Assembly: GCA_963833225.1 (NCBI GenBank)
Contig: CAWHXD010000019.1
Location: forward strand, 224,001-288,000
Length of the DNA stretch: 64,000 bases
From: an uncultured Chloroflexia bacterium
GTDB taxonomy: Bacteria; Chloroflexota; Limnocylindria; Limnocylindrales; CSP1-4
Direction of reading: 5' to 3'
Shown: piece after piece, positions 29,976 through 39,694 of the stretch
Layout of the letters: each line of letters opens with the position of its first letter
How positions within the stretch are numbered: position 1 is the first letter of the stretch
Program-made: the position numbers and the translations under genes
The notes under the pieces: model-generated
Told to the model about the DNA's origin: nothing
The model's database searches: none
What the model saw: only the letters and a program-made list of their open reading frames with translations

Positions 29976-30104
29976 GTTCAGGCGCTCGGCGCTTACCGGC
30001 GCGCGTTCAGCGCTCGGCGCCCGCCGGCGCGTTCAGGCGCCCGGCGCCCGCCGGCGCGTTCAGGCGCCCGGCGCCCGCCGGCGCGTTCAGGCGCTCGGCG
30101 CCCG
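29976..30104. repeat. ~27-bp tandem repeat, about 5 degenerate copies
   Basis: Unit ggcgcgttcaggcgc(c/t)cggcgcccgcc. Confidence 0.85.
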
Positions 30105-30221
30105 AACCGGCGCGTCGCGGGACAGACTGGGCGTCTGGCGCCCTGCTCGTCGCGCGATACCGGTCTCCAGCGGACAGATGGGTCGCCCGGCGCCCGTCCC
30201 GTCGCAGCGTGCAACCGTTGA

Positions 30222-30368
30222 GGCGCCCGGCGCCCGGCGCCCGGCGCCCGGCGCCAGGTGTGAGGTGTGAGGTGCCCGGCGCCAGGTGCCCGGCGCCCGG
30301 CGCCAGGTGTGAGGTGTGAGGCGCGAGGCGCGAGGTGCCCGGCGCGAGGCGCGAGGCGCCCGGTGCTC
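30222..30368. repeat. Heptameric tandem array, 21 units of GGYGYSM-like sequence
   Basis: ggcgccc x4, ggcgcca, ggtgtga x2, ggtgccc, ... ggcgcga; strict 7-nt period. Confidence 0.9.
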
Positions 30369-30402
30369 AGCGCCCGGACCCGGCGGCCGAGCCGCCCCGG
30401 CC

Positions 30403-31668
30403 CTAACCCTGGTAGCGGCGGAAGATCGCGACCGCGTTCTGGCCCCCGAAGCCGAAGCCGTTGATGGCCACGGTGTCCAGCTTGGCCTTGCGCGCGACGA
30501 GCGGCACGTAGTCGAGGTCGCACTCCGGGTCCGGCGTATGGAGGTTCGCGGTGGGCGAGATGACCTGGTCACGGATACCGCCAAGAGCGGCCAGCGCCGA
30601 CGCGATCCCGGCGGCCCCCACGAGGTGCCCGATCATCGACTTGGGGGAGCTGATGGCGCGGGTGGAGGCCGCGGATCCGTAGGCCGCTTTGATGGCTCGC
30701 GTCTCGGTGGCGTCGTTGAGCGAGGTGGAGGTGCCGTGCGCGACGATCCAGTCGATCTCGTCCGGCGCCACGCCCGAGTTGCGCAACGCGTTGGCCATCG
30801 CCCTTGCCTGGCCGCGGCCGGTGGGATCGGGCGCCGAGATATGGAACGCGTCTGCCGTGAGCGCCCCGCCCAGCACCTCGGCGATCGGCGTGGCGCCGCG
30901 GTTCAGCGCGTGCTCCAGGGACTCGACCACGACCACCCCGGCGCCCTCGCCCAGCACGAACCCGTCGCGGGTGGCGTCGAACGGCCGCGAGGCGGTCTCC
31001 GGCGAGTCGTTCCGCTTGGACAGCGCGGTCATGTTCGAGAGCGCCGCGACCCCCATCGGCACGATCGGTGCCTCGGATCCGCCGGTGAGCACCACGTCGG
31101 CCTCGCCGGTGTCGATCAGCCGAAGCGCGTCGTGGAAGGCGATGACGGACGTGGCGCAGGCGGCGACCTGGGTCATGACGGGACCGGTCAGGCCCCACTC
31201 CATCGACAGCAGGCAGCTCGCCATGGACCCCGACAGCGCGGGCACCGCAAACGCCGACACGAACCGCGGCCCCTTGGTGTCATGGACGTGCGTGCCCTCG
31301 ATGATCGACTCGATCCCGCCGCCCCCGGTGTTGACCACGACCCCGACGCGGTCCCGCTGCTCGGGCGTCATGGCCGCGAAATCGATCCCGGAGTTGGCGA
31401 CGGCCTCCTTGCCCGCGCCCATCGCAAGGTGGATGAACCGGCTCATCCGCCGGGCCATCTTGCCGTCCATGACGGTGCGGGGCTCGAAGTCGAGGACCTC
31501 GGCCGCGATCTGGACCTCGAACTCGGACGCGTCGAACGAGGTGATCCGCCGGGTGCCGGTCACGGCGCGCTGGAGGTTGCCCCAGTAGGTCTCGAAGTCG
31601 TTGCCGATCGGCATCACCGCGCCGAGACCCGTGATGACGGCGCGGCGAGCGGGGTCGGACGAGGGCAC
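30403..31668 (-). CDS. fabF: Beta-ketoacyl-ACP synthase II (copy 2)
   Basis: AACAT, AHGTST, KSMIGH, GFGFGG. Confidence 0.92.
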   Translation of the reverse strand: MPSSDPARRAVITGLGAVMPIGNDFETYWGNLQRAVTGTRRITSFDASEFEVQIAAEVLDFEPRTVMDGKMARRMSRFIHLAMGAGKEAVANSGIDFAAMTPEQRDRVGVVVNTGGGGIESIIEGTHVHDTKGPRFVSAFAVPALSGSMASCLLSMEWGLTGPVMTQVAACATSVIAFHDALRLIDTGEADVVLTGGSEAPIVPMGVAALSNMTALSKRNDSPETASRPFDATRDGFVLGEGAGVVVVESLEHALNRGATPIAEVLGGALTADAFHISAPDPTGRGQARAMANALRNSGVAPDEIDWIVAHGTSTSLNDATETRAIKAAYGSAASTRAISSPKSMIGHLVGAAGIASALAALGGIRDQVISPTANLHTPDPECDLDYVPLVARKAKLDTVAINGFGFGGQNAVAIFRRYQG

Positions 31669-31777
31669 GGTTCACACCTTCCTGGATCTCACGGGCGCGG
31701 TCGGGGGTCGTCGGGATTGTAGCGAAGGGCGGAACCCGGTTCCCGCGGGGAGCCGGGTTGGGGTCGGTGCCGGGTGC

Positions 31778-33052
31778 CTAGCGGCCGTCCCAGCGCTTGA
31801 AGATGATGGCCCCGTTGTGGCCGCCCAGGCCGATGTTGTTGGATAGCGCGTGGCGGATCGGCATCTCGATCGTCTCCGGTACGACCCACAGATCGCACTC
31901 GGGATCGAAGTCCCGGTAGTTGATGGTGCCGGGTGCGCGCTGGTCGGCCACCGTCATGACCGTTGCGAAGGCCTCGAACCCGCCGGCAGCGCCCATCATG
32001 TGGCCGGTCATCGACTTGGTTGCGCTGATCGCCAGGCTTCGGCGGCGGGCGGCCGCCCGGTCGCCGAACGCGGTCCAGATCGCCTCCGCCTCGCGCTTGT
32101 CACCGACCGGGGTGGAGGTGCCGTGCGGGTTGATCACGTCCACCTCGTCCGCCGCGACGCCGCGGCGCTCGAGGGCGATCTTCATCGCCCGTGCCGAGCC
32201 GGAGCCGTGCTCGACGGGCTGGATCATGTCGAACCCGTCCGCCGCGGAGCCGTAGCCCACGACCTCGGCGTAGATGCGGGCGCCGCGGGCCATCGCCATC
32301 TCGAGGTCCTCGAGGATCAGCCCGGCGCCCCCCTCGCCCAGGACGAAGCCGTCGCGCGTCCGGTCGAACGGCCGCGACACATCGGCCAGCGGCATCCCTT
32401 CGCGCGGTGAGCCGAGACCGCGCATGTTCCCGAAGCCCGCGTGGGCCACCTCGAGCAGGGGCATCTCGGAGGAACCCGCGATCACGGTGTGGACGTCGCC
32501 GCGACGGATGAGCTCCGCCGCCTCGCCGACGCAGTTGGTGCCCGTCGAGCACGCGGTGACGACGCACATGTTGTGGCCCAACGCCCCCGTCTCGATCGCG
32601 ATCATGCCGCTCGTCGAGTCCACGAGGCCGTTGGCGATGAACGTGGGCGCGACGCGGTTGGGCCCCTTCTCGCTGAGGGTGACCCAGTTGTCCATCATCA
32701 GCGTCTGGCCGCCGGCTCCCGTCCCGAACACGACGCCGACGTCCTCGCGGTTGGCGTCCGTGATCTCCAGGCCCGCGTCGGCGATTGCCTGCTTCGCGGC
32801 GGCCACGCCGTACCACATCGCCGGCTCGCTCCGGCGGACCGCCTTGGGGTCCATCCAGGCCGTTGCGTCGAAGTCCACGACCTCGCCGGCCGCCTTGTGG
32901 CTGTACCGCGACGTGTCGAACTTGGTGATCTCCTTGAGACCGGACACGCCGTTGAGGAGGTTGCTCCAGGCGGTGTCCTTGTCGTTGCCCACCGGGCTGA
33001 TGACGCCCAGCCCGGTGACGACGACGCGGCGGGTGTAGTCGGGTTGACGCAA
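31778..33052 (-). CDS. fabF: Beta-ketoacyl-ACP synthase II (copy 1)
   Basis: RRVVVTGLG, TACST, PHGTST, KSMTGH; TTG start after GAGAGGA. Confidence 0.92.
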   Translation of the reverse strand: MRQPDYTRRVVVTGLGVISPVGNDKDTAWSNLLNGVSGLKEITKFDTSRYSHKAAGEVVDFDATAWMDPKAVRRSEPAMWYGVAAAKQAIADAGLEITDANREDVGVVFGTGAGGQTLMMDNWVTLSEKGPNRVAPTFIANGLVDSTSGMIAIETGALGHNMCVVTACSTGTNCVGEAAELIRRGDVHTVIAGSSEMPLLEVAHAGFGNMRGLGSPREGMPLADVSRPFDRTRDGFVLGEGGAGLILEDLEMAMARGARIYAEVVGYGSAADGFDMIQPVEHGSGSARAMKIALERRGVAADEVDVINPHGTSTPVGDKREAEAIWTAFGDRAAARRRSLAISATKSMTGHMMGAAGGFEAFATVMTVADQRAPGTINYRDFDPECDLWVVPETIEMPIRHALSNNIGLGGHNGAIIFKRWDGR

Positions 33053-33107
33053 GGGTGGTTCCTCTCGGATCGTGGCGACGACGGCGGTCCGTCGATCACC
33101 GGCGGGT

Positions 33108-34085
33108 CTAGCCGGTGCGGGCGGCGCTCTCGGCAAAGGGGATGGCGAGGCGATCGGGCGCGGCCCGGTCGTCGAGGGCAAGGGCAAGGGCGTCGGGGGC
33201 GATCCGCCTGATGAGCCCGGTCAGGACCTGTCCCGGCCCGATCTCGATGAACGTGTCGACCCCGGCCCCGCGCATCGCCTGCACGGCACCCACCCAGTCG
33301 ACGCCGGTGGTCAGGTGGTCCACGAGCTCGGTCCGACAGCCGCCGGCGGTCGTGATCACGTGAGCGTCGGCATTGGCGAGCAGTGGGGGGTCGGGATCGT
33401 GGAAGCGGATGCCGGCGAGGACGCCGCGCATGCCCTCGGCCGCATCGGCCATCAGGGGTGAGTGGGCGGCGACCGAGACCGGCAGCTCGATCGCCCGTTT
33501 CGCGCCGAGCTCCCTGGCAATGGCGAGGCCCGCCTCCACGGCCGCGCGCTCACCGCTGACGACGACCTGCCCGGGCGAGTTGCGGTTGGCGACGCCAAAG
33601 ATCCCGTGCGCCGAGGCCCGCTCCACGAGCGCCGGGAGGCTGGCATCGTCGAGGCCGATGATGGCGGCCATCCGGCCCTCCCTGCCCGCCCCGCTCGACT
33701 GCATCTGCTGGCCACGGATCCGGACCAGGCGCAGGGCATCGGCAAGGTCGAGGGCCCCGGCGGCCACGAGGGCGGTGTACTGGCCCATCGAGTGACCGGC
33801 CGCGAAGGAGGGCTCGGGGATGTCCACGTCAAGCTCGTACCAGCGTTCCTTCACCGCCTCGAGATAGGCGATCGAGGCGGCAAGGAGCGCCGGCTGGCTG
33901 TTCTCGGTCCTGTTGAGCTCGTCCTCCGGACCGTCCCACGCGAGGCGCGTGAGCGGTTCCGCCAGGGCGGCGTCGGCGGCGGCGAAGACGGCCGCAGCCG
34001 CGGGCGAGGACTCGGCGAGCGCACGGCCCATGCCGACCGACTGGCTGCCCTGGCCCGGGAAGACGAACGCGATCTGACTCATCAC
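33108..34085 (-). CDS. fabD: Malonyl-CoA:ACP transacylase
   Basis: FPGQGSQ, GHSMG, AHSPLM, EIGPG. Confidence 0.95.
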   Translation of the reverse strand: MMSQIAFVFPGQGSQSVGMGRALAESSPAAAAVFAAADAALAEPLTRLAWDGPEDELNRTENSQPALLAASIAYLEAVKERWYELDVDIPEPSFAAGHSMGQYTALVAAGALDLADALRLVRIRGQQMQSSGAGREGRMAAIIGLDDASLPALVERASAHGIFGVANRNSPGQVVVSGERAAVEAGLAIARELGAKRAIELPVSVAAHSPLMADAAEGMRGVLAGIRFHDPDPPLLANADAHVITTAGGCRTELVDHLTTGVDWVGAVQAMRGAGVDTFIEIGPGQVLTGLIRRIAPDALALALDDRAAPDRLAIPFAESAARTG

Positions 34086-34185
34086 TCGTCAGGGTAGGCG
34101 GAAGCCGGTCTGATTCCGCGTAAGTCCGTGCAGGCTTGCAGGAATCCGGGGCGTGGCCCTACGCTCAGGTCGTGAGGATCCTTGC

Positions 34186-34938
34186 GTGACCGACCTGCTT
34201 GACCCCGTCGATGTGGAGAACGACCCGGCGGCCCCCGAACCCGGCCCCGCGGACGCCGCACCTGCCGCTTCGTCCCCGGCCCAGTCCCCGGCCCAGTCTT
34301 CGACGACCATCGTCCGGCGGCCGCGCCGTCACCGCATTCCCGCGTCGGACCCGGCCGCCGGGCCCGCGCTCCCCGAGGCGCTCGTCAGGACCCGCCGAAG
34401 GGGCGTCCCCTCGCGGGTGATCGCGCGCGTGTTCGAGGCGGACCTGTCCGCGCCGGTCGTCGCGGCCGGGACGCGGATCCAGAACGTCCGCCAGATCACC
34501 GAGCGCGTGGCCATGGGTCGAGCCCTGTGGCGCGAGCTGGTGGTGGGGTTCGCCTCCCAGCTCGGTGAGCTCAACCTGGGCTTCACGCAGCTTGCCGCGC
34601 TCTACGTTCTCGCGGAGGGGGCCACGACCACCATCGCCGACCTGGCCGACGCGATCGGCCGGTCACCCTCGGCGACATCACGGCTCGTTGACGGGCTGGT
34701 CCGGCGACGGCTGGCCGAGCGCCGCCGCGAGGAGGACGACGCCCGTCAGCGCTCCGTGTGGCTGACCGCCCGGGGGCGCGCCGTCCTGCGCATGGTGGAC
34801 CGGGCGCGCGCGGAGCAGTTCCTGTCCGCGGTCCGGCCGCTGCCTCGCAGCGAACGGGCGCTCATCGCGATGGGCGTCGCAGCGCTCGCCACGCACGGGA
34901 TCAGCCGTCGCGGCCGGCTGGTCCGCACCGAGGGCTGA
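34186..34938 (+). CDS. MarR-family regulator with long N-terminal extension, divergent from fabD
   Basis: IADLADAIGRSPSATSRLVDGL...DARQRSVWLTARG. Confidence 0.85.
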   Translation: MTDLLDPVDVENDPAAPEPGPADAAPAASSPAQSPAQSSTTIVRRPRRHRIPASDPAAGPALPEALVRTRRRGVPSRVIARVFEADLSAPVVAAGTRIQNVRQITERVAMGRALWRELVVGFASQLGELNLGFTQLAALYVLAEGATTTIADLADAIGRSPSATSRLVDGLVRRRLAERRREEDDARQRSVWLTARGRAVLRMVDRARAEQFLSAVRPLPRSERALIAMGVAALATHGISRRGRLVRTEG

Positions 34939-35089
34939 GCGCGTCGGAACGACGCACTCGTGGAGGCCGGCTTCGTGCCGTTGGATCCCTGCCTGGGCCA
35001 CCGGTGGCGCCTGGCGCCCAGGCGGGCCATTTGGGACCCCTTGCGCGGTGCGCGACAATCGGCCGACCACGCAGAGGAGATGATGGCTC

Positions 35090-35308
35090 ATGGATCAGGG
35101 CAGGATGTTCGAGGCGACGTACCGGCTGCAGCATCGCCACAAGGACGGGTCGTGGGCCGACATGCCCGAGGTCAACGCGCACGCGAGTTCGGCCGGCGTT
35201 GACACCGAGCGCGGATGGGCGAGCGGCCGCCTGTTCAAGTGCGCCACCTGTGAGGAGGGGGTCGAGCTGGTTCCCCTCAGCGCGGAACGGCTGCGCATGC
35301 TGGGCTGA
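35090..35308 (+). CDS. Small hypothetical protein, possible Zn-binding (HxH...CxxC)
   Basis: GAGGAG SD; QHRH and CATC. Confidence 0.6.
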   Translation: MDQGRMFEATYRLQHRHKDGSWADMPEVNAHASSAGVDTERGWASGRLFKCATCEEGVELVPLSAERLRMLG

Positions 35309-35391
35309 CGGCCAGCCCGCCGCCGCGACCGGCGCGGTTTGATCCAGGCCCGGCGGAGGTCGCCGCCGGGCAGCGGAGGAGCGTCTCGGGA

Positions 35392-36819
35392 TCAGCCGCA
35401 GAACGCGGCGACCACGTCGTACAGGACCGGCAGCCCGAAGCGAAGCGCGTCGAGGCCAACTCGCTCGTCGACGCCGTGGAAGCGCTCGAGGAAGCGCTCA
35501 TCGGGCTCGAGGCGGAGCGGCGCGAACCCGTAGGTCGGGACGCCGAGGATGACGCTGGTCGACTTCGCATCCGTGGCAAAGGGGGCCATCACCGGGACCG
35601 GGATCCCGTCCGGGTCGTGGGCGCGGATCGTGGCTGCCATCAGGTCATAGAGCTCGCCCTCGGCGGGGGCGGTGACGGGCGGCCGGCCGATGACATGCTC
35701 CAGCTCGCAGTGCGGGGCCAGGTCGCCAAGCCGTGCCAGGACCTCCTCTCGCACATCCTCGGGCGTCGTGCCCGGCAGGGTGCGGACGTCGATCTCGATG
35801 ACGCCCTCGCCCGGGATCACGTTGTACTTGACGCCCGCGTGGATCACGTCGGGACTGATCGAATCGCGCAGCAGGGCTCCGAGGGCGCGGGCATACATCG
35901 GGTCGCACAGGGCACGGATCGCGGCCTCGCTCCGCCGCGGATCGTCACCGCCGATGGCCGCCACCAGCTTCGCCTGGTCGGGCGGGAGGGCGTCGCGAAC
36001 GGCATCGAGGAATGCGCGCATCACGTTGGTGAGCCGCGGCTCACCCGGGACGGCCATCCGGCGGACAACCTCCGCGGCCATCACCGCCGCATTGTCGTCA
36101 CGCGGCATGGACCCGTGCCCCCACGTCCCGTGGACGTGGATCTTGAACACCTCGAAGCCCTTCTCGGCAACCTGGATCGGGTAGAACCGGCGCCCCCCGA
36201 GGTCCATCGAGACCCCACCACACTCGTTGAGGGCGCCCGCCGCCCGGAGGGTCTCCGGCCGGTTGTCCGCGAGCCACCTGGCGCCCTCCCGGCCGCCAGC
36301 CTCCTCGTCAGCGGTGCAGGCGAACAGGACGTCGCGGCGGAGGCCAGGGATGGGGGCGCGGGCCGGGTCAAGCCCGGCGGCACGGGCCCGCCGCGCGAGC
36401 AGCGCGATGACCACGATCTCGAGCGCGACCATCTGCTTCATGTCGACCGCGCCGCGGCCCCAGACATAGCCGTCCGCCACGTCGGCCGCAAAGGGATCGT
36501 GGGTCCAGCCATCCTCGGCATGCGCCGTGACGACGTCGAGGTGGCTCAGCAGGAGCAGCGGGTCGCCGCCGGTTCCATCACCGCGGAGCCGCGCGACCAC
36601 GTCGCCGCGGCCGGGGAAGGGCTCCAGGACCTCCGGATCCAGGCCCTCCGCGCGGAGGCGGTCCGCGATGAACACGGCGGCGTCAAGCTCCGGGCCGGGC
36701 GGGTCGGGCGGATTGACCGACGGGATCCGGATCAGGTCCCGGAGGAGCGCCACGAGCTCCTCGTGGGCGGCGGCCCAGGCCGTCGGGTCGATGGCGGCGG
36801 ACGGCAGCGGCGTGGTCAT
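35392..36819 (-). CDS. M20 family metallopeptidase/amidohydrolase
   Basis: SHLDVV, GRGAVDMK, ADEE, GHGS, HGVDER. Confidence 0.92.
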   Translation of the reverse strand: MTTPLPSAAIDPTAWAAAHEELVALLRDLIRIPSVNPPDPPGPELDAAVFIADRLRAEGLDPEVLEPFPGRGDVVARLRGDGTGGDPLLLLSHLDVVTAHAEDGWTHDPFAADVADGYVWGRGAVDMKQMVALEIVVIALLARRARAAGLDPARAPIPGLRRDVLFACTADEEAGGREGARWLADNRPETLRAAGALNECGGVSMDLGGRRFYPIQVAEKGFEVFKIHVHGTWGHGSMPRDDNAAVMAAEVVRRMAVPGEPRLTNVMRAFLDAVRDALPPDQAKLVAAIGGDDPRRSEAAIRALCDPMYARALGALLRDSISPDVIHAGVKYNVIPGEGVIEIDVRTLPGTTPEDVREEVLARLGDLAPHCELEHVIGRPPVTAPAEGELYDLMAATIRAHDPDGIPVPVMAPFATDAKSTSVILGVPTYGFAPLRLEPDERFLERFHGVDERVGLDALRFGLPVLYDVVAAFCG

Positions 36820-36838
36820 CGGGCGTTGGCGCGCCGGT

Positions 36839-37087
36839 TCATACCCGGGGGTTGCCCAGGATCGCGGTGAGGAAGCCGAGGAAGAACCCGAGGAAGATGA
36901 TCAGGGCAACCATGCCGACCAGGATCCGGACATACGGGCGCTCCCGGGCCAGGGCCTCGTCCAGGTCAGGGTCTTCGCCACCGGCGATGTACGGGGCATT
37001 GAGGCCGCGACGCCGGGCGTGCTCGTTGCGGACGGCGTCGTACTTGGCGGGATCGGGCGGAAGGGGCTCGGAGGTGCTGTCGCTCAC
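36839..37087 (-). CDS. Small membrane protein (C-terminal TM helix)
   Basis: 82-aa frame ending YVRILVGMVALIIFLGFFLGFLTAILG. Confidence 0.65.
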   Translation of the reverse strand: MSDSTSEPLPPDPAKYDAVRNEHARRRGLNAPYIAGGEDPDLDEALARERPYVRILVGMVALIIFLGFFLGFLTAILGNPRV

Positions 37088-37140
37088 GGTGCCATGATGC
37101 CGCAGGTGATCGCGCGGCGCCCGCGGCGGCTGGCGATTCT

Positions 37141-37167
37141 TGAACCTTCCATTGGGGCCCGGTCGTC
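37141..37167 (+). promoter_or_regulatory. ECF-sigma-type promoter (probably autoregulatory, leaderless)
   Basis: TGAACC-N17-CGTC ending 9 nt before the sigma ATG. Confidence 0.55.
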
Positions 37168-37176
37168 TGGACGGGC

Positions 37177-37754
37177 ATGAGCGAGAGGGGGATGGCCATC
37201 GACGAGAGGGAAGCCGGGCTGAGCGCGGTCGAGCTCCCGGGGGACGAGCGGGCGACGGCGTTCGCGTCGCTCGCGGACCGGCATCTATCCCGGGCGTACC
37301 GCCTCGCCGTGGTCGTGCTGGGCAGCGAGCTCGAGGCGCAGGACGCCGTTCAGGATGCGGCCGTGGCGGCATGGGATCGGTTCGTCGACTTGCGCGATCA
37401 CTCGCGGTTCGACGCCTGGTTCGACCGGATCCTGGTCAACGGCTGTCGCGACCGGCTGCGTCGGCGGGGCCGCGTGCGGCTCGTCGATCTCGGCGGGATG
37501 CCAGAGCCCTCTTGGCCGACGGGAGCGGCACCGTGGCTGAGCGTGATGCCCTGCGCCGGGCGCTTGGTCGGCTCTCCGCCGAGCAGCGTGTCGCCGTGGT
37601 GCTTCGCTACTACGGTGATCTGTCACTTGAGGAGATCTCGGCGCGGACCGGCGAGCCTCTCGGCACCGTGAAATCCCGCCTGCACTATGGCCTGAACGCC
37701 CTGCGCGCCGCGTACGAAGCGGCCTCGCGCCTTCCCGGGGAGGCATCCCGATGA
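37177..37754 (+). CDS. ECF RNA polymerase sigma factor, one frameshift near 37511
   Basis: Region 2 (AQDAVQDA, FDAWFDRILVN) in one frame; region 4 (LSAEQRVAVVLRYYGDLSLEEIS..GTVKSRL) in another. Confidence 0.88.
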
Positions 37755-38647
37755 CCGACGACACCCTGGATGCGCGCTTCGAGCGCGACCTTCGAGCCAT
37801 CCTTGCGGAGGCCGAACCGGCCGACGCCCCGGCCACGCTCTATGCCGCTGTGGCGGCGGTCCCGTCCTCGCGCCCACGGCACCGGTGGGGGTCGCCGTTG
37901 ATCCGCGTGGCAGGGGCGCTCGCGGTCGCCGCGGCCGTGGTCATTGCCGCCGCGGCGCTGGTGACGGCGCTCCAGCCGCGGGGCGACCATCCGGTAGTTG
38001 GGACCCAGCCGACCCCCACCGCGTCGATGGCGGGCGGGCTGCGGCTGGAATACCGGGTCCTGCCGTCCGAAGGGAACGTGGCTACCAAGGCGGACGTCGA
38101 AGGGCTGATCGACATCCTGCGGGCGCGGATCGCGGCCACGGGTGTCGCGACCTTCGTCATCTCGGCGGGGGACACGATCGTGATCGACCTGCCGGTTGAC
38201 CCGGCGGACGAATCCCTGGTGACTCAGCTCCGGGCCCTGATCGGGGCGACCGGGCGGGTGGCGTTCGTGGGTCTCGGTCAGACGCCGCTGACAGAAGGGG
38301 ACCTGATCGGTCCCACCGAGCACCCGCCGCTGTTCACCGGGGACCACATCGCGGCGGCGTCGATCGGGCAGGACCAGAACGGATCTCCTACGATCGACCT
38401 CACCCTCGACGCGGAGGCCACGGCCCTGTTCGCGGAGCACACCGCGACCCACATCGGCGACTATCTCGCCATCACGCTCGACGGGGTCGTGATCTCAGCG
38501 CCCGTCATCCAGAGCCCGATCTCGAACGGCGACGTGCAGATCTCCTTGGGCGGCTCGCCAGGGTACTCACTGACGGAGGCACAGCGGCTGGTGACGATCA
38601 TCATGAGCGGCACGCTGCCGTTCCCCATCGAGGAGGTGACGGGGTAG
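37751..38647 (+). CDS. Putative anti-sigma factor: single TM plus SecD periplasmic-domain-like C-terminus
   Basis: ATGA overlap with sigma; ILRARIAATGV, IVIDLP, FAEHTATHIGDYLAITLDGVVISAPVIQSPI, SGTLP resemble the SecD P1 domain. Confidence 0.75.
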   Translation: MTDDTLDARFERDLRAILAEAEPADAPATLYAAVAAVPSSRPRHRWGSPLIRVAGALAVAAAVVIAAAALVTALQPRGDHPVVGTQPTPTASMAGGLRLEYRVLPSEGNVATKADVEGLIDILRARIAATGVATFVISAGDTIVIDLPVDPADESLVTQLRALIGATGRVAFVGLGQTPLTEGDLIGPTEHPPLFTGDHIAAASIGQDQNGSPTIDLTLDAEATALFAEHTATHIGDYLAITLDGVVISAPVIQSPISNGDVQISLGGSPGYSLTEAQRLVTIIMSGTLPFPIEEVTG

Positions 38648-38690
38648 ACGTCGGGCTGACCGGCCGCTCCGTCGAGCTCGGTCGAGCCGC

Positions 38691-39694
38691 TCAGCCCTCG
38701 GCGAACAGCGCCTGGAGCTCCTCGCGGGTGGCGATCCCGGCGGCGAGCGCCAGGCGGATGAGGATGCGGGCCTTCCACGGCGACACGTCGCCGGCGGCGA
38801 CCCATCCCCGGGCGATCAGCGATCCCCCGCGGGCACGCGACCGGCCCCGACCCGCGTGGACTGGACGACGACCACGCCGCCGGCGCTCGCGCGCTCCAGC
38901 GCCTCGACCTCTGCGGGCGTGGGATAGCCGGCCCCGGTGCCGGCGCTCACGATCGCTCGCGAGCCGGCTTCGACGAGGGCGTCGATCGCCACGCCGTCCG
39001 CGCCCTGGTAGCTGGCGACCACGTCCACGCGGGGCAGCGTCCGCAGGTCCACGCCGGCGAACCGGCCACGGAGCGGAGAGCCGCGCATGGGCGCGTGGTT
39101 GAGCGCCACGACGCCATCGCCGTCGACCCAGCCCAGGGGCCCCGAGGCGCCGTCCCGGAACGCCGACACGCGCATCGTGTCCGACTTGGTCACGTCGCGG
39201 GCGCCGTGGATCGTGTCGTCGAGGAGGACGAGGGCGCCCAGGCCGCGGGCGGCGGGAGAGGCAGCGACGCGGACGGCGTTGACCAGGTTCAGGGGCCCGT
39301 CGCCGGACAGCGCGGACGCTGGTCGCATGGATCCGGTCAGCACCACCGGCGCATCGTCGTTGATGACGAGGTGGAGCAGCCAGGCCGTCTCCTCGAGGGT
39401 GTTGGTCCCGTGGGTGACCACGATGCCGTCGGCCTCGTCCCGCTCCAGTGGGCCGCGGACCACCTCGACCAGGTCGGCCAGGTCCGTGTCGGTGAGCGCG
39501 TGGGCTCGCACCCGTCGGAAGGGCTCCTCGCGGGCGTCGGCGATGGTCGCCAGCTCCCCGGCCACGGACCCGATGAGCGCGCCCGGTTCCAGGCGAACGC
39601 CCGTCTCGAGGTACGCGGCGAGGTCCAGGCGATCGGCCCCGACGGAATCGATGGTCCCGCCGGTGGTGACGATCGCGATCCGGGGTCGGGTCAT
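38691..39694 (-). CDS. L-asparaginase, frameshift in a G-run near 38826
   Basis: TTGGTI, THGTNTLEET, TGSMR; C-terminal SPWKARILIRLAL in a shifted frame. Confidence 0.88.

Noticed and set aside
29976-30368. CRISPR array
   Set aside because: Repeats are contiguous with no unique spacers, and there are no cas genes
30403-34085. Type II PKS (KS/CLF) cluster
   Set aside because: Both KS keep the catalytic Cys; no ACP, cyclase or tailoring genes
35392-36819. dapE completing the succinyl-DAP pathway
   Set aside because: Only generic M20 motifs and far from the dap operon; substrate cannot be assigned
37751-38647. Genuine secD
   Set aside because: Only one TM segment, no C-terminal TM bundle, no secF or yajC nearby
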